From the NCBI GenBank assembly GCA_951406725.2, contig OX597820.1:90892001-90956000 (forward strand): DNA of 64,000 nt. Direction: 5' to 3'. The position numbers were made by a program, and so were the translations under genes. Positions 1-12,886 of the stretch are shown here, piece after piece. Within the stretch, counting starts at the first letter, position 1, and every line of letters begins with the position of its first letter. The DNA is from Octopus vulgaris (Eukaryota). The notes under the pieces were generated by a model. The model searched no databases and was not told the origin of the DNA. It was given only the letters and a program-made list of their open reading frames with translations.

Positions 1-173
1 TATCTGATTAGCTGTCTGGTTCAGAAGTCCACAGTTTAGTTTCCGAACTGTTCGATACGTCAATATTTCGAATCAAATATTCTGTATAATATTCTCGTAG
101 TTCATGTTCCCTTAAATGAACGTAGTTTCTAACTATTATATTATTTCTCTCTTTTCTATTCTGTCCTTTTTCC

Positions 174-174
<1 letters not shown>

Positions 175-211
<37 letters not shown>

Positions 212-240
212 ATATCTTTCTCTTTCTATATCTTTCTCTG
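175..240. repeat. (CT)n microsatellite / pyrimidine tract
   Basis: Direct reading. Confidence 0.9.
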
Positions 241-584
241 TTCTAGCCCCACTTTCTTCTAGATGTTTATTTCTCTCAATATTTTTCTATATTTCTTTCC
301 CCTGTGATGCATCACCTACATCTCTCCCCATCCCCCTTTTCTCTCCCTCGCTTTTTTTCTCTCCCTCTCTCACATTCTTTCCCTCCTTCCCATTTAAAAT
401 GAATTCCTTATGTTCATATTCTTGTCAATGAAGTTGAATATCCATTCAATAGACCCCGTCGTCAAATGATTTATATATATTTCTGTACACCACCTTTACA
501 ACGTTCATATATCTTATTTTCGATGCATTTCACATCTTTCAATATTTTCTTAGAATTATATACATTCATATGTGACTGTGAACG

Positions 585-629
585 TATGTGTGTATGTGCG
601 TGTGTTACTTCATACATAGATATATATAC

Positions 630-673
<44 letters not shown>

Positions 674-797
674 GAATATGTATGTGTATATATATATATA
701 TAGGTAGATAGACAGATAGACAGATATAGATATAGCTATAGATAGAATATATATTCATATATATTATATACTTATATTTACAGATATACTTACAGAC

Positions 798-852
<55 letters not shown>

Positions 853-1000
853 CGTATATATGTATATGTGTATGTGTATATATACATATATATATGTATA
901 TACATGTAATATGTATGCGTATATGTATGTACGTGCGTGTGTATGTGTGTGTTTGTGTGTATGTGCGGGCGTGTTTGTCTATGATGTATGTGTATGTGTA
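585..1000. repeat. Compound (TA)n/(TAGA)n/(TG)n microsatellite
   Basis: Direct reading; the source of the YIYI/CVCV ORFs here. Confidence 0.9.
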
Positions 1001-1517
1001 CACATACGAGTTGAAAATAGTTTCATTTCTACAACTCAAGGAATGTAATTTCGGAAACATACCTATTTCAATATAAGAAGTAAATTCTAAAATAAGCTTG
1101 ACATTTATTCACTCGGCATCTTTTGAAATGATCATGATATACTCATAATTTTCGGAAATTTATTTAAATCTACAAATAATCTTTAGTGATATATATCGAG
1201 AATTATTTGTATTAGCAAAATACACATATAGTGTCAGAGACAAAATTTTCTGGTAGATTTGGAATTATGTATAGGACCATTAGTAAGCTTTACCTGTTTA
1301 AAGAATTTATAGTCATACATACATATAAACATATTTCTTGAAATACAAGTATAAAACCAACAAGGGGAGGATGCTGTCACAAAGTTGCACGCGTATTTGT
1401 AAATTCGTGTGTATTTCTTTACGAGTATATGTATTTGTGTTTCTATAGACAAAACAAAAATTCAAATTTATATATACATATCAGCAATAGTATGTGCAAC
1501 TTACACTAAATTTTCCG

Positions 1518-1552
<35 letters not shown>

Positions 1553-2111
1553 AATATTCAGATGTACTATATACTATGCATGATATATATATATGTGTAT
1601 ATATCATACGTATATCATACATATATTATAAATATATATATATATGGGTGGGGTGTTTAATATAGCAATATAAATACTCGCTGGACCCGTGAAAACTTCA
1701 CGAAAAATATAAAAAGTGTAAGCATCTGTAAATTGTGTGCTAGTGCTATGAGAAATGTTTCTATATTGTGAAACAGTAATATCCAATTTTGGCTGAGGAC
1801 CCAGTATATAGAGTACGGTAACTAATTGTATTGTAGGAGAGTAAAAGTAAAATCGAATATCTGCTGCGGTTATGTATCTGTCTACACGGAAATACTGATA
1901 AACTTTTAAAAATATAACAGGAAGGCCACCTTCCTTTCAGTCATCATTCACTTTCTGTCCCTTCTCTCTCTCTCTCTCTCGCTTTACAGGTCACTTCATG
2001 TATACCTCTTCTACTTCTTTTATTTCTACCTCTCCCTTCAAATGTAGAAAAGTAACAATATCATCCACAGGTATTTGCTGAGAGAGAGAGTGATACAGAG
2101 AGAGTCTGACT

Positions 2112-2143
<32 letters not shown>

Positions 2144-2354
2144 TAGACAGAAGTATTGTCAGACAGATTGATAGATTGATTGATTGACAGACAGACAGAC
2201 AGATAGATATATAGATAAATAGATAGATAGACAGATAGATAGGCCGTTGTTAGGACCGGATTAACGCCCATAGTGACCTAAACAACTAAAAATACTTTCC
2301 TGCCACTGTATTAGATCTTTTTTCTGTGTCTTCCAACCACTTTAGACTAGAGCA

Positions 2355-2505
2355 AGTTTATCTTTTTCTAGTCCACTCAGCTGGCCAAAATGAGTTTTAG
2401 CTGTAACCAGAATTGTCATATTCTGTGAGAGGCTTATACGCCCTGAGAACCACACTAATAGTATGCATGTCTGGGGAGTACTCAGCCACTTGCGAGTCAA
2501 TTTTA
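2355..2505 (+). mobile_element. Degenerate SINE family C fragment (core + tail)
   Basis: ctagtccactcagctggccaaaatgagt matches the core of the copies at 4720-5007 and 12887-13132; gagtactcagccacttgc matches the tail of the 4720 copy. Confidence 0.55.
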
Positions 2506-2891
2506 CCCTGATGTGGTAATGAAAAATGAAAGTGACATCCAATATTTGCTGTAGTTATTTGATTTACCGATATGTCTTTGTATCTACTTTTCTTTCCTTC
2601 CATCTATGTATATACTTTTCTTTAGCTGTAGGTATCAGTCTACTCTGAAAATACTGCTAAACATGTTTCCTCTCTTCCTTTCAGTCATCACTTACTTTCT
2701 CTCTCTCTCTCTCACTCTTTCTCTTTCCCTCCCTCTCTGTCATTCTCCTCTCTCGCTTTGTACCTCTCTCTCTTCATACCTCACCCTTCAACCTTTTCAC
2801 CTCATCCTTTGAAGTGTGACACTCACCAGAGGTGCGTGCAAAATAAACAAAACTAAGTGTGTTAATATTATTTATACACATATATATGTGC

Positions 2892-2922
<31 letters not shown>

Positions 2923-3061
2923 AATAGATAGATACAATATATACACATATATATATATATACATTAATATATTTTATGTACTATGTATTTACATTGATAT
3001 GGATATATACAAGTGTTTTTGTATGTGTGTTTATTTATATATGTGTGTATAATATATATAC

Positions 3062-3093
<32 letters not shown>

Positions 3094-3122
3094 CTGCATA
3101 TATTTACACACACACACACACA

Positions 3123-3159
<37 letters not shown>

Positions 3160-3924
3160 GAATACATAATACACACGTCTTATACACTTGCATGGATTTA
3201 TGCAATAGGAAGACTAAATAATTATCAAAACACTTGAACAATCTCATACATCTACATACTCCCAGTCATGCGCACACACGCACACACATGCATACATATA
3301 CGCACGCACACATCAAGTTCATACATATTTATGCATGTGTATATACGACCTTGGAGTTGTCAACAAAAAAAAAACGCTACTGAATATCAAAGCTTTCGTT
3401 GGTGAGTGCAATTTTGGAAGCAATATCTATCAAAGTAAGAAATTTTATTTCACTCATGACTTCATTGAAAAACGAAGCTTTAATCATAAACCTTGTTTTC
3501 GAATGACAGTCTTTCCAGAGAATTTTTTCTTTATTTTTACTTTATAACACTCACACAAAATGAATCCATATGCGTACGACAATTTTTTGTAACGTTGGCC
3601 GCTTTAGTTCCTTGTAATAACAGGCAACAGTCATCCTATACGTATCTTAAAACGAAAGAAAGAATCCATTAGACAATGTAATCCAAGATACACTAAATGC
3701 TAAAAGAGCAGAAAGGGTGGATCTGACGGGTATTTCTCCTTGTCATAGGTGTGTACGTTCTAGAGCTAAAGAACTAGAGCTAATGGACAGCAACACCGTC
3801 AAATAAATTATTCTTGCTTACATCTTCGTTGTATTAATTAAAGAAGTAATACATACATAATACATACATATACACATACTCGCATAGCAAGTGATTTGAT
3901 CTGAGATCGTGTGCTGAAACGAAA

Positions 3925-4204
3925 ACAATTGCAGCGTGGAAGGTGTTTGTAAGCCATTTAAGAAACACACAAAAGCCGTTCGATTCACTTCAACATTTAA
4001 GTTTAATTTGTCAAAATATTTTCATCGCTAAAATCCGCGACCTGTTCACTGACAAAAGATGCAGCACGGATTTTTGTCAGTGAACAGGTCGCGGATTTTA
4101 GCGACGAAAATATTTTGACAAATTAAACTTAAATGTTGAAGTGAATCGAACGGCTTTTGTGTGTTTCTTAAATGGCTTACAAACACCTTCCACGCTGCAA
4201 TTGT
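3925..4204. repeat. Near-perfect long inverted repeat (133-bp arms, 14-nt spacer), probable Penelope-like terminal repeat pair
   Basis: 3925-4057 is the reverse complement of 4072-4204 with one mismatch; the spacer is gatgcagcacggat. A third single copy lies at 15939-16075. Confidence 0.95.
4072..4122 (+). ncRNA. Candidate minimal type-I hammerhead ribozyme, G3:C8 core variant (mirror copy on minus strand 4007-4057)
   Basis: Stem I tttgtca/tgacaaa; core GTGAACA; stem II gtcgc/gcgac; GAAA; palindromic atat loop; UUU at the cleavage position. Confidence 0.6.
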
Positions 4205-4521
4205 GTATATATATATATAAAAGTCGGAAGACCTTTAAGTGGACACACATTATGCTAGAAGAATTTTATATTTTGTATCTTTTCATTTGGTTGCTCGCTT
4301 ACGTTCTGGCGTTTGCTAAACTTTCTTGAGAACATTCCTTTCTTAGTGGTAAGACCATAGCGGGTCTTCTAGCAAAATGGTTGTCCACACACAGGTCATC
4401 TCTCTTATATGTATGTAATATAATTATTTCTAAAACTTCAGATTTTTCAATATGCTAGACCACTGGTTATAAACTGACATTAATCAAAATAATATTCAAT
4501 TTTTCACCCTTATTATTTGAA

Positions 4522-4640
<119 letters not shown>

Positions 4641-4719
4641 TATGTTATATATTATAGAATTATTCATCATATATATGTACATATTATTATACTATTTGCA
4701 CTACATTGCTTACAACATC

Positions 4720-5007
4720 GAGTGTTTCTGTTACGGAACAGCTTACTCGTGAGATTAACCTGCATGTGGCTGAGCACTCTATAGACAAGCGTACCCTTTC
4801 GCATACTTCTTATGGAAGTTTAGCGTGACACAGAGTGTGACAAGGCTTGCCTCTTGAAATACATGTATTACTCATCTTTGCCAGCTGAGTGGACTGGAGC
4901 AACGTGAAATAATGCGCCTTGCTGAACGACACAACGCCGCCTGGAATCAAACTCACGACTCTACGATATCGAGCCGAATACCCTAACCACTAAGCTACGC
5001 ACCTTCA
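4720..5007 (-). mobile_element. tRNA-headed SINE family C
   Basis: The minus strand starts tgaaggtgcgtagcttagtggttagggtattcgg (A-box-like), has a B-box-like gagtttgattcc, and carries the core ttcacgttgctccagtccactcagctggc shared with 12887-13132. Confidence 0.8.
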
Positions 5008-6244
5008 TATTGTTCTACATACACATATGTGTTGTAGAATTATACATTAAGGGGCATTTTATATTAGTATTACCGGATTCCTTGAATCTATATATTGCGA
5101 CTTAAATAAATAAATAAATAAATATATATATATATATACGAATTTATGCACACGCACATATAAATTATTGTTACATTTTCCAAACTAGAGTATTTTGTAC
5201 ACTTAGCTTGATCTATTTAACTATATGCATCTTGAAAATTAATGTGTGATAAGGAATATGTTACGCCTTAAATGCTCGGGCGTGCAGACACACTCATACC
5301 CACGTATAAAAAGTTATATGGTTCCAGATTTTTTTGTATCCATGGGACAACTCACCGCAACTATGGTTGAGTTCTATTTTGTTGTATTATACAACTGATT
5401 CTTGATTTTTGTAAATTGTCGAACGACACTGATAGATCAACGTCCCACTGTTCATTTGTTCAATTCCTACACATTTATGGAAGCATCTTTAAAATTATAA
5501 ATCAAGTAGATGACCTCTAACGGTCACTAAACTTATCAGAAATAAAGTGTAATATTCTCCCAAATGACACCATTACCATTTTACAGACCAAGTTTCATAA
5601 GATGATGTAGCCTTAGATATATAAAATAGAAATGGTTATCTCTAATCATAAGTATCATTGACTAAAACAGAATTGGGGCGAAACTACAAATTCTTGTCGC
5701 ATTTGAAGAGCGGAGCAGCACAGACCATCAAATATTAAACTCTTCTTGTGCTTTTGAATATACACCGAATGGGTTATGGTGTTAAACTAACAGAAATATG
5801 GGATGCATGGGAAAATATTGAAATAGAGATGTGTAGATAAGTAGTAATATATTTTTCAGTATGTATTTATGTATGCACACAAAATCATATGCGTGTCACA
5901 CTAAATATTTCTGTCTTGTTACACGCGAATTTCGCTTTCGTTGGATATTTATTCCTCTGAACGTGTAACTGCATTTGTAAATATGAAATACAAACATACG
6001 CACAGTTACATAGTCACACGTTCACATATGTACGTACTCACGCACACATATATTTCAATCCATCTCGCTCTCTCTCCCTTTCTCTCTAAACACACACACA
6101 CGCACGCACACGTGTGTGTAGTGCTTTAAATCACTGTGCCTCGATGTAGCCTTAGAATTTTTTTCTGAACAGGAAGTTCATGCAAAACCATCATAAATAT
6201 ATCTACACTTCAGAATTTCTTAACTCGCACTGTTGCCTTCACAT

Positions 6245-6283
6245 TCGATATAAACATATACATATATATATATACATATATAT

Positions 6284-6341
<58 letters not shown>

Positions 6342-6517
6342 GGCATACATACATATATACATAACCTACATACATGCATATATATATATATATATATATA
6401 CACGCATACATACATATATACATAACATACATGAACATATATATATATACATACATAAATATTCCTATATATACATATATAAACATTTATATATATATAC
6501 ATACATATATTTACACA

Positions 6518-6573
<56 letters not shown>

Positions 6574-6600
6574 CACATATATGTGTGTACATATATAGAA
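6245..6600. repeat. Compound (TA)n/(CA)n microsatellite
   Basis: Direct reading. Confidence 0.9.
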
Positions 6601-7947
6601 AGAAAGAGAGAGAGAGAGATTATTGCTGTATTCATGATCACTAAGAGTGAAGTAAAAGTAGGGAACAAAGGAGAAAAATAATGACAAATAACTGTCATGG
6701 TTCTTTCACTATTAAATCTTAATATATTTTCCAATGCATCTGTATAATAGCTTACCACAAATAGCTCTCTATATTTCGAGGTGCTCTTTCTATTATTTCC
6801 TATATAGAATTATTTATTTCCAATTCTCACCTCTTCTTATTCAATATTCTTACGCTTATTTTCCGTACCATTTCAGTCCCCATTCCTCCTGAACATAATA
6901 CGGTATTTGCCCGGCTCCCAAACTCTATTAATACACTCTGTGTGTTACGGTATACAATTGTTTCTCTTCTCTGTCTGTCTCCTTCTTCTTTCACTTTCCT
7001 TAACACTCACAAATTCATCCCCACTCCCACTGACACCCAACAAGTTATATGTGTCTTTCTACTTCCTTCTGTCTCTTTCTCTCTATCTCGCATTCTCTCC
7101 AATCCCTGACCACCCATACCCTGCTATTATGAAATATCTTCCGTTTAACTTTGATTATATTTCCAAATTTTCTTCATGAAGATAAAGCTTTTGTTTGGGA
7201 AAGTCATTGGCGTAGCATTACCAGTACTGTTTGGCGTGCGTAAAAGCCATCTGAAAATTTTCTGGTTCGTGTCCTCTCCCCCTTATTGAGTGGTAGCTGT
7301 GTTTAGGAATACGCACGTCTAACTTATTGCATTGAATAATGAATTATAATCTTATACTTCACCTCACAGTTCTTTCGATGGAAAATTAATTTAATTAAAA
7401 TTGATATGTTAAAACTAGCTTGCATTATATAACCATATACAGTAATAAACACATACACATAGAAACACACGTAAGCCGACAGAAATAGACCCACACACAT
7501 ACACACACACATGCATACAAACACATGTATATATGAAACCAGTTTTGTTTTTTAGCCTCGGGGCTTAACGTATCGATATCTTTTACATATTTTAAAATAT
7601 TTTTCACCTTATTAAATGACGTTTTAATGATTTAAATATAAATTATCGTAAGAAGCCTTTTTACAAAAGAATTATCTTGAAAATTAAAACTATTGATATT
7701 TTTGCTTCTCATTTTGATGTCTGATTTACAAACAGATTTACAATATTAAAAAAAAATAGCAAACAATTGTTGCGTATTTCTACAAATGGGAACAAGAAAA
7801 AAATACAAAAAATCTGGCTGAGGTGACTGGATTTGAGTGAAGATAGGCAATGTGTGTGTGTATGTGGGTGTGAGTTTGTGTGCGTATGTACACATATACA
7901 CACACAAATATACACACACACAAATACACACATACACACATTATATG

Positions 7948-8127
7948 AAATTTGGGGGTGAGGTTTAGACAGTTACATCGATCCTAGCGTTTAAATTGTA
8001 CTAGTTTTGTCGACCCCGAAAACTCGAAAGGTAAAGTATACCGCGGTGGTAGTTGAACTCAGAATGTAAAGATGGATGAAATGCTGCGAAGAATTTTCTT
8101 GGGTCTGTTGACGATTTTGCTAGGTCG
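7948..8127 (-). mobile_element. SINE family B, diverged
   Basis: gtcgaccccgaaa...aaaggtaaagt...gttgaactcagaatgtaaag matches the reverse complement of 44245-44466. Confidence 0.7.
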
Positions 8128-8691
8128 TTTTATGTATATACATTTGTATATAGATATAGAAATGAATATGCATATATCATCGATGAGACATCTGTCGTTA
8201 TGTAACATGAACTAAAACATCGCATGGCTTGTCTCAGTACATGTATTTTCGTCAGCCTTAATTACTACGTTATTACACAACTGCGAGATTAAATTTTACA
8301 AGATGTACAGTTAAGTGTAGTTAATTATGGTTTCTTGTCAATAAAGCCAGTGACAGAATTATGGTTAACCGATATTAGTAGAATTGAAGTGACGCAATAG
8401 TAAAAATACACACATAATTATATATTCAACATTCAAATACATATTATATATGCTATTATGTCTTAAAGGTGTCTCTATGCTGGGATTCAATTCTTGCTGA
8501 AATCACACAATGATATTACGGAAAAAAACGAAATTAAGATTATGCATGTCATAGACATACAGAAGCAACGCATGTTGTATGTTGGAAGCCTCTATCATAG
8601 GTGTGGAGCATCACTGCCGATTTACGAGTAAAACATCAACAACAGTGGTTCGAGATATATACATATATATATATATATATGCATATACATA

Positions 8692-8895
8692 CATACGCGA
8701 ATCCCTACGTTCGAAAAGCGGAGTAGATAAAACTGGGGACAACTGATGAAGGGATTGTTCTTTATGTTGCATGTCTTGTTTCTGTATTTCTTTCTGTCGT
8801 TGTTCGAAAAAAGGTTGTTTCCCATATTTCTTTAATGTTTCCGTTTTTCATTTTGTTCACGTTTTTTTGTCACGTCCTGTACTTAGATATGCATG

Positions 8896-8900
<5 letters not shown>
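8692..8900 (+). mobile_element. (TA)n-flanked non-coding repeat with CTGATGA motif (related to 51392-51600)
   Basis: Shares the blocks ttcgaaa.gc..agtagat.aaac, actga.gaaggg and gtcctgtac...atatgcatgtat with the 51392 copy. Confidence 0.65.
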
Positions 8901-8960
<60 letters not shown>

Positions 8961-8965
<5 letters not shown>

Positions 8966-9295
8966 CAAAATAAGCAACAAGAATGACTCCGGTAATTTGG
9001 TACGATCGTTTCGTACTACAACATTCTATTAAATGTTGTAAGTATTACAACAGTTTTAAAATGCTGAGCACTCATCAGCCATTTATAGAGATTTTCCATT
9101 AATAAAAAAATTTTCATATCAAGTGGCAACATTATAGAGAAGGTAGATATATAGACAAAGATGTGGATTTAAATTTTAAGAACTTATGAGGTGATGGAGC
9201 CCGTCAGCTGACTGACTAAGATTCAGATGTTCCAGACTACTGTAAGGTTCCGAGAGGGAAGAACAAATGAAAGGAGACAATAAAGATTTTCTATT
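8961..9295 (-). mobile_element. Hammerhead-bearing non-coding element, probable Penelope-like terminus
   Basis: Its minus-strand 3' end runs directly into (TA)n and it contains a canonical hammerhead core. Confidence 0.6.
8995..9084 (-). ncRNA. Minimal type-I hammerhead ribozyme (canonical core)
   Basis: Minus strand: aaatgg-CTGATGA-gtgctcagcatt...aatgttgtagtac-GAAAC-gatc-GTA-cca. Stem I tgg/cca, long stem II, palindromic cgatcg stem III, GUA cleavage triplet. Confidence 0.8.
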
Positions 9296-9337
9296 TATAG
9301 AGATATATATTTATATATATGCATATATAGAAAAAAT

Positions 9338-9518
9338 TCATAATTATAAGCATAATTATGATAGGGTTCAGCAAATTGCTTCACCACATACCGAAATTTA
9401 GAAATGGCAGTTAAATACTATTCCTCTACCATATGATATCTCCCAAACATCAATATACTTAATTCACGTGGCGAAGCAATTTGCTGAATCCTAATTATAA
9501 TTATGCTTATAATTATGA
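9338..9518. repeat. Inverted repeat, ~50-bp arms with 80-bp spacer
   Basis: tcataattataagcataattatgatagggttcagcaaattgcttcaccac (9338-9387) pairs with 9468-9518 with few mismatches. Confidence 0.9.
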
Positions 9519-9711
9519 CATTTTTGCATAGGGTTACCGATAAAGGTTCTTTTAACATACCGAATAACTTGGTAAAATTATCAAGTATTGATTAATTAAT
9601 TTTACCCATTGTTATATATATACACACACACACACTCACACATATATATATGTGTATGTATTCATATATATGTGTGTGTATGCGTGCGTATATATATATA
9701 TACACACATAC

Positions 9712-9743
<32 letters not shown>

Positions 9744-11020
9744 TTTTTATAGATAAAGATAGGCTCATAGATGTGGAAATGTATAACTCGTGCAAGCACA
9801 AATTAATACTTATGTATACTTACACCTATAGTGTATAATCAGACACCACACACACACACTTGCACCTCACACGCGCGCACATATATACAATTATACACAT
9901 ACACAAACATGCACATTCATATGTTTGTGTGAGTGAGTGCGTGTGTGTGTGTGTTTGTGTGTGTGAATATATATGTTTGTGTATGTGTGTATTTGTATTC
10001 AATAAATATTTCTTTAAATGAAAGCAACGAATAAAGATTTGTCTGAAAACATTTTCTTTGATCATATAGGTATATCAACATAAGTTTGTAACAACATATG
10101 TTATAAAGTTATTGGCAAGTGATTAGTTGTTAACATCTGTAGCATCATAAAATCAAAGATATAGTTTGATCTTAGCGACAATAAATAACGGATGATTGTC
10201 ATAAATTTTTCATTTCTTTTATGACAATCTTGGACTGTCAAAATGTTTATCAGATCTGTAGTTTTATGGAACACTTCCCAATTTAGAATCAAGTAGCAGG
10301 GACCTCCATACGTGTGTGGGTGAGTTTGTGTGTGAGTGTGTGTGTAGGTGTGCATAAGTGTGTGCGTGTATGTATACAGAATTAGATGAGATTGATTAAT
10401 AATTGATTAATAATATAAATAGATGCTCACACACACTTATGTTACAAACACATATACACATATATATGCAGTAATATATGATGCCTAGAACCAACTTTTT
10501 TGTATATTTCATGCGTATATTGATATATTTCAGTTTAATATGCACAGGTATAGCCGTGTAGTTAAGATGCTGTTTGGTGAGTAACAGCGATTTTCATCAC
10601 ATTGTGAAACTTAGTTTCCCTGTGTTTCTCCGACCATTAGTCTCTTAATTGCGACCGTGTTATCCATTTGGAATAGTGATTACACAGTGTTACTTTCAAA
10701 ATCCGCTATACAGTAGGTTTTCCATCGTCGTGCCATTTACTAGGAATCGAATATAACTCATACGTTTAAGAAGAGAACCTCTTAATTATATATAGGCATA
10801 ATCAAAGTTTTACCTGGAGAAACTCTCTTGTTTGCAATATATCCTTCAAACCGTTTCGTGTGTGTTTATAAGAGTATTTCTATATGACTGTCGGTATGTT
10901 TTGGTGTTTTTATGTTTAAAGCTGTCACTTCTCTATAACATTTCCAAAGAATTAAGTTCCCAGTCTAAAACACACACGCACACACACACATATATGCATA
11001 TATATATATATATATATATA

Positions 11021-11124
11021 TGCATATATGTGTGTGTGTATACTTACATATATAGTATAGGAAAGAACTATCCTGTTGGTGTTGTAATACTGTAACGTAC
11101 ACGATTGTGTTCCGGTGTTATATG

Positions 11125-11166
<42 letters not shown>

Positions 11167-11259
11167 CATATAACACCGGAACACAATCGTGTACGTTACA
11201 TTATTACAACACCAACAGGATAGTTATACTATATATGTAAGTATACACACACACATATA

Positions 11260-11324
<65 letters not shown>

Positions 11325-11403
11325 TACACCGGAACACACGTGTACGTTACATTATTACAACACCAACAGGATAGTTCTTTCCTATACTATATGAGCAGAA
11401 ATA

Positions 11404-11446
<43 letters not shown>

Positions 11447-11541
11447 GTGTATACACATACACACATACTTGCATACATATATATCACCGTATCTACCAAA
11501 CGATCAGGATAGTTCTTTCCTATACTATATGAGCAGAAATA

Positions 11542-11586
<45 letters not shown>

Positions 11587-11650
11587 TTTGTGTGTATACA
11601 CATACACACATACTTGCATACATATATATCACCGTATCTACCAAACGATC
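11021..11650. repeat. Fold-back palindrome centred on (TA)n followed by tandem duplication
   Basis: 11021-11130 is inverted at 11161-11263; a third copy lies at 11326-11391; direct units at 11367-11504 and 11505-11650. Confidence 0.9.
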
Positions 11651-11696
11651 AAATGATGTCATCCCCGGCAAGATGGTGGAAGGCCATACACCCCCC

Positions 11697-11766
<70 letters not shown>

Positions 11767-12886
11767 ATAAATATTATTTAATAAGCACAATATATGTTTT
11801 TATGTGGTACTGTTAGTTCCATATGCTGAGAAAAGGCCAAACATTGTTTTATAAGATATCTGGTGTCCCAGTACAATTATCAGTCACTGCCTACGTGGCA
11901 TAACGAATTAAAAATGGTTTGAGAGAAGAAGAGAGAAAAGACAAGAATGAAGTATATGTGAAAAGTGGAAGGTTGAAAAACCGGAAAACGAAAGATAATG
12001 CACAAAGGGGAAAAAAACTAAAGCAAAAAGAACAAAAAGGGAATAAGAGTTAGTTCTCTTGAACCATAAATTTTAAGGCTGAAAATATAGTGACATAGAT
12101 CTATTAATTAGGTGGTAGAGGTACTTCCCAATTCTAATCAGGAATTTAGGCATATGGTTAGAACCGCCGAAAATTTCAGATCAACATTTTAGCTGTGATT
12201 TAGAGTTCTTAGATTTGAAAAGTATGAGATCTTTCAATTACACATAGCTTACATTTTGTTGATCCGTTGAGATATGGTGCGGATTTTTCGACTATTTTCC
12301 ACTTTACCGTATATTATGTTGCGTTCGATTTTAAACTCCACATGCATGTATACACACACACACTCACATAAGTATACGCTCAATGCATAGGGGTCTTTGT
12401 TTGGTAAGTCAAAAATAAAGTGAGATCAATTTTGGCCACTGATAACCCTAAATATGAACCCTTAGCCAGTAGCTACGTTAACACCATGTTCTGTTCATGT
12501 AATTTGTCACCCAAAAATATGGACACCCAAAATGCTGGTTCCGTTGTTTAAAACAATAATAATCTCTTCCTATACTTTCTTGGCTAGGACAGGTGTGGTT
12601 TATTGCTCCGTGCTTGCAAAACTTAATTAGCACGTTTTGAAAGGTGTTTTCTTGCCAATATAGCTACAGTGGTGTAAATTGTTCCGGTTCTTAACAATAT
12701 AGCAATATTGTTGAAATTTATCACTCCTTCCTCTATTCATTTAATCTATAGGTTTGAGCAGTAAACGTGAATTTCTTCTTGTCCTTATTTTTGTTTCATC
12801 TCCAGAACAACTGTGATCGAGTAAAACTATGATCGAAGATGCCCCAGCTGCTGTCGACAAAATTAATCTCAGTATTTATTATCCTA

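Noticed and set aside
1890-2760. Two similar blocks (aaatactg.taaac...ttcctttcagtcatca) at ~1890-1990 and ~2648-2760
   Set aside because: They are short, adjacent to CT microsatellites and probably old repeat fragments; no structure could be defined.
12421-12444. tgagatca... resemblance to bantam miRNA
   Set aside because: Only the seed matches and there is no complementary arm to form a precursor.
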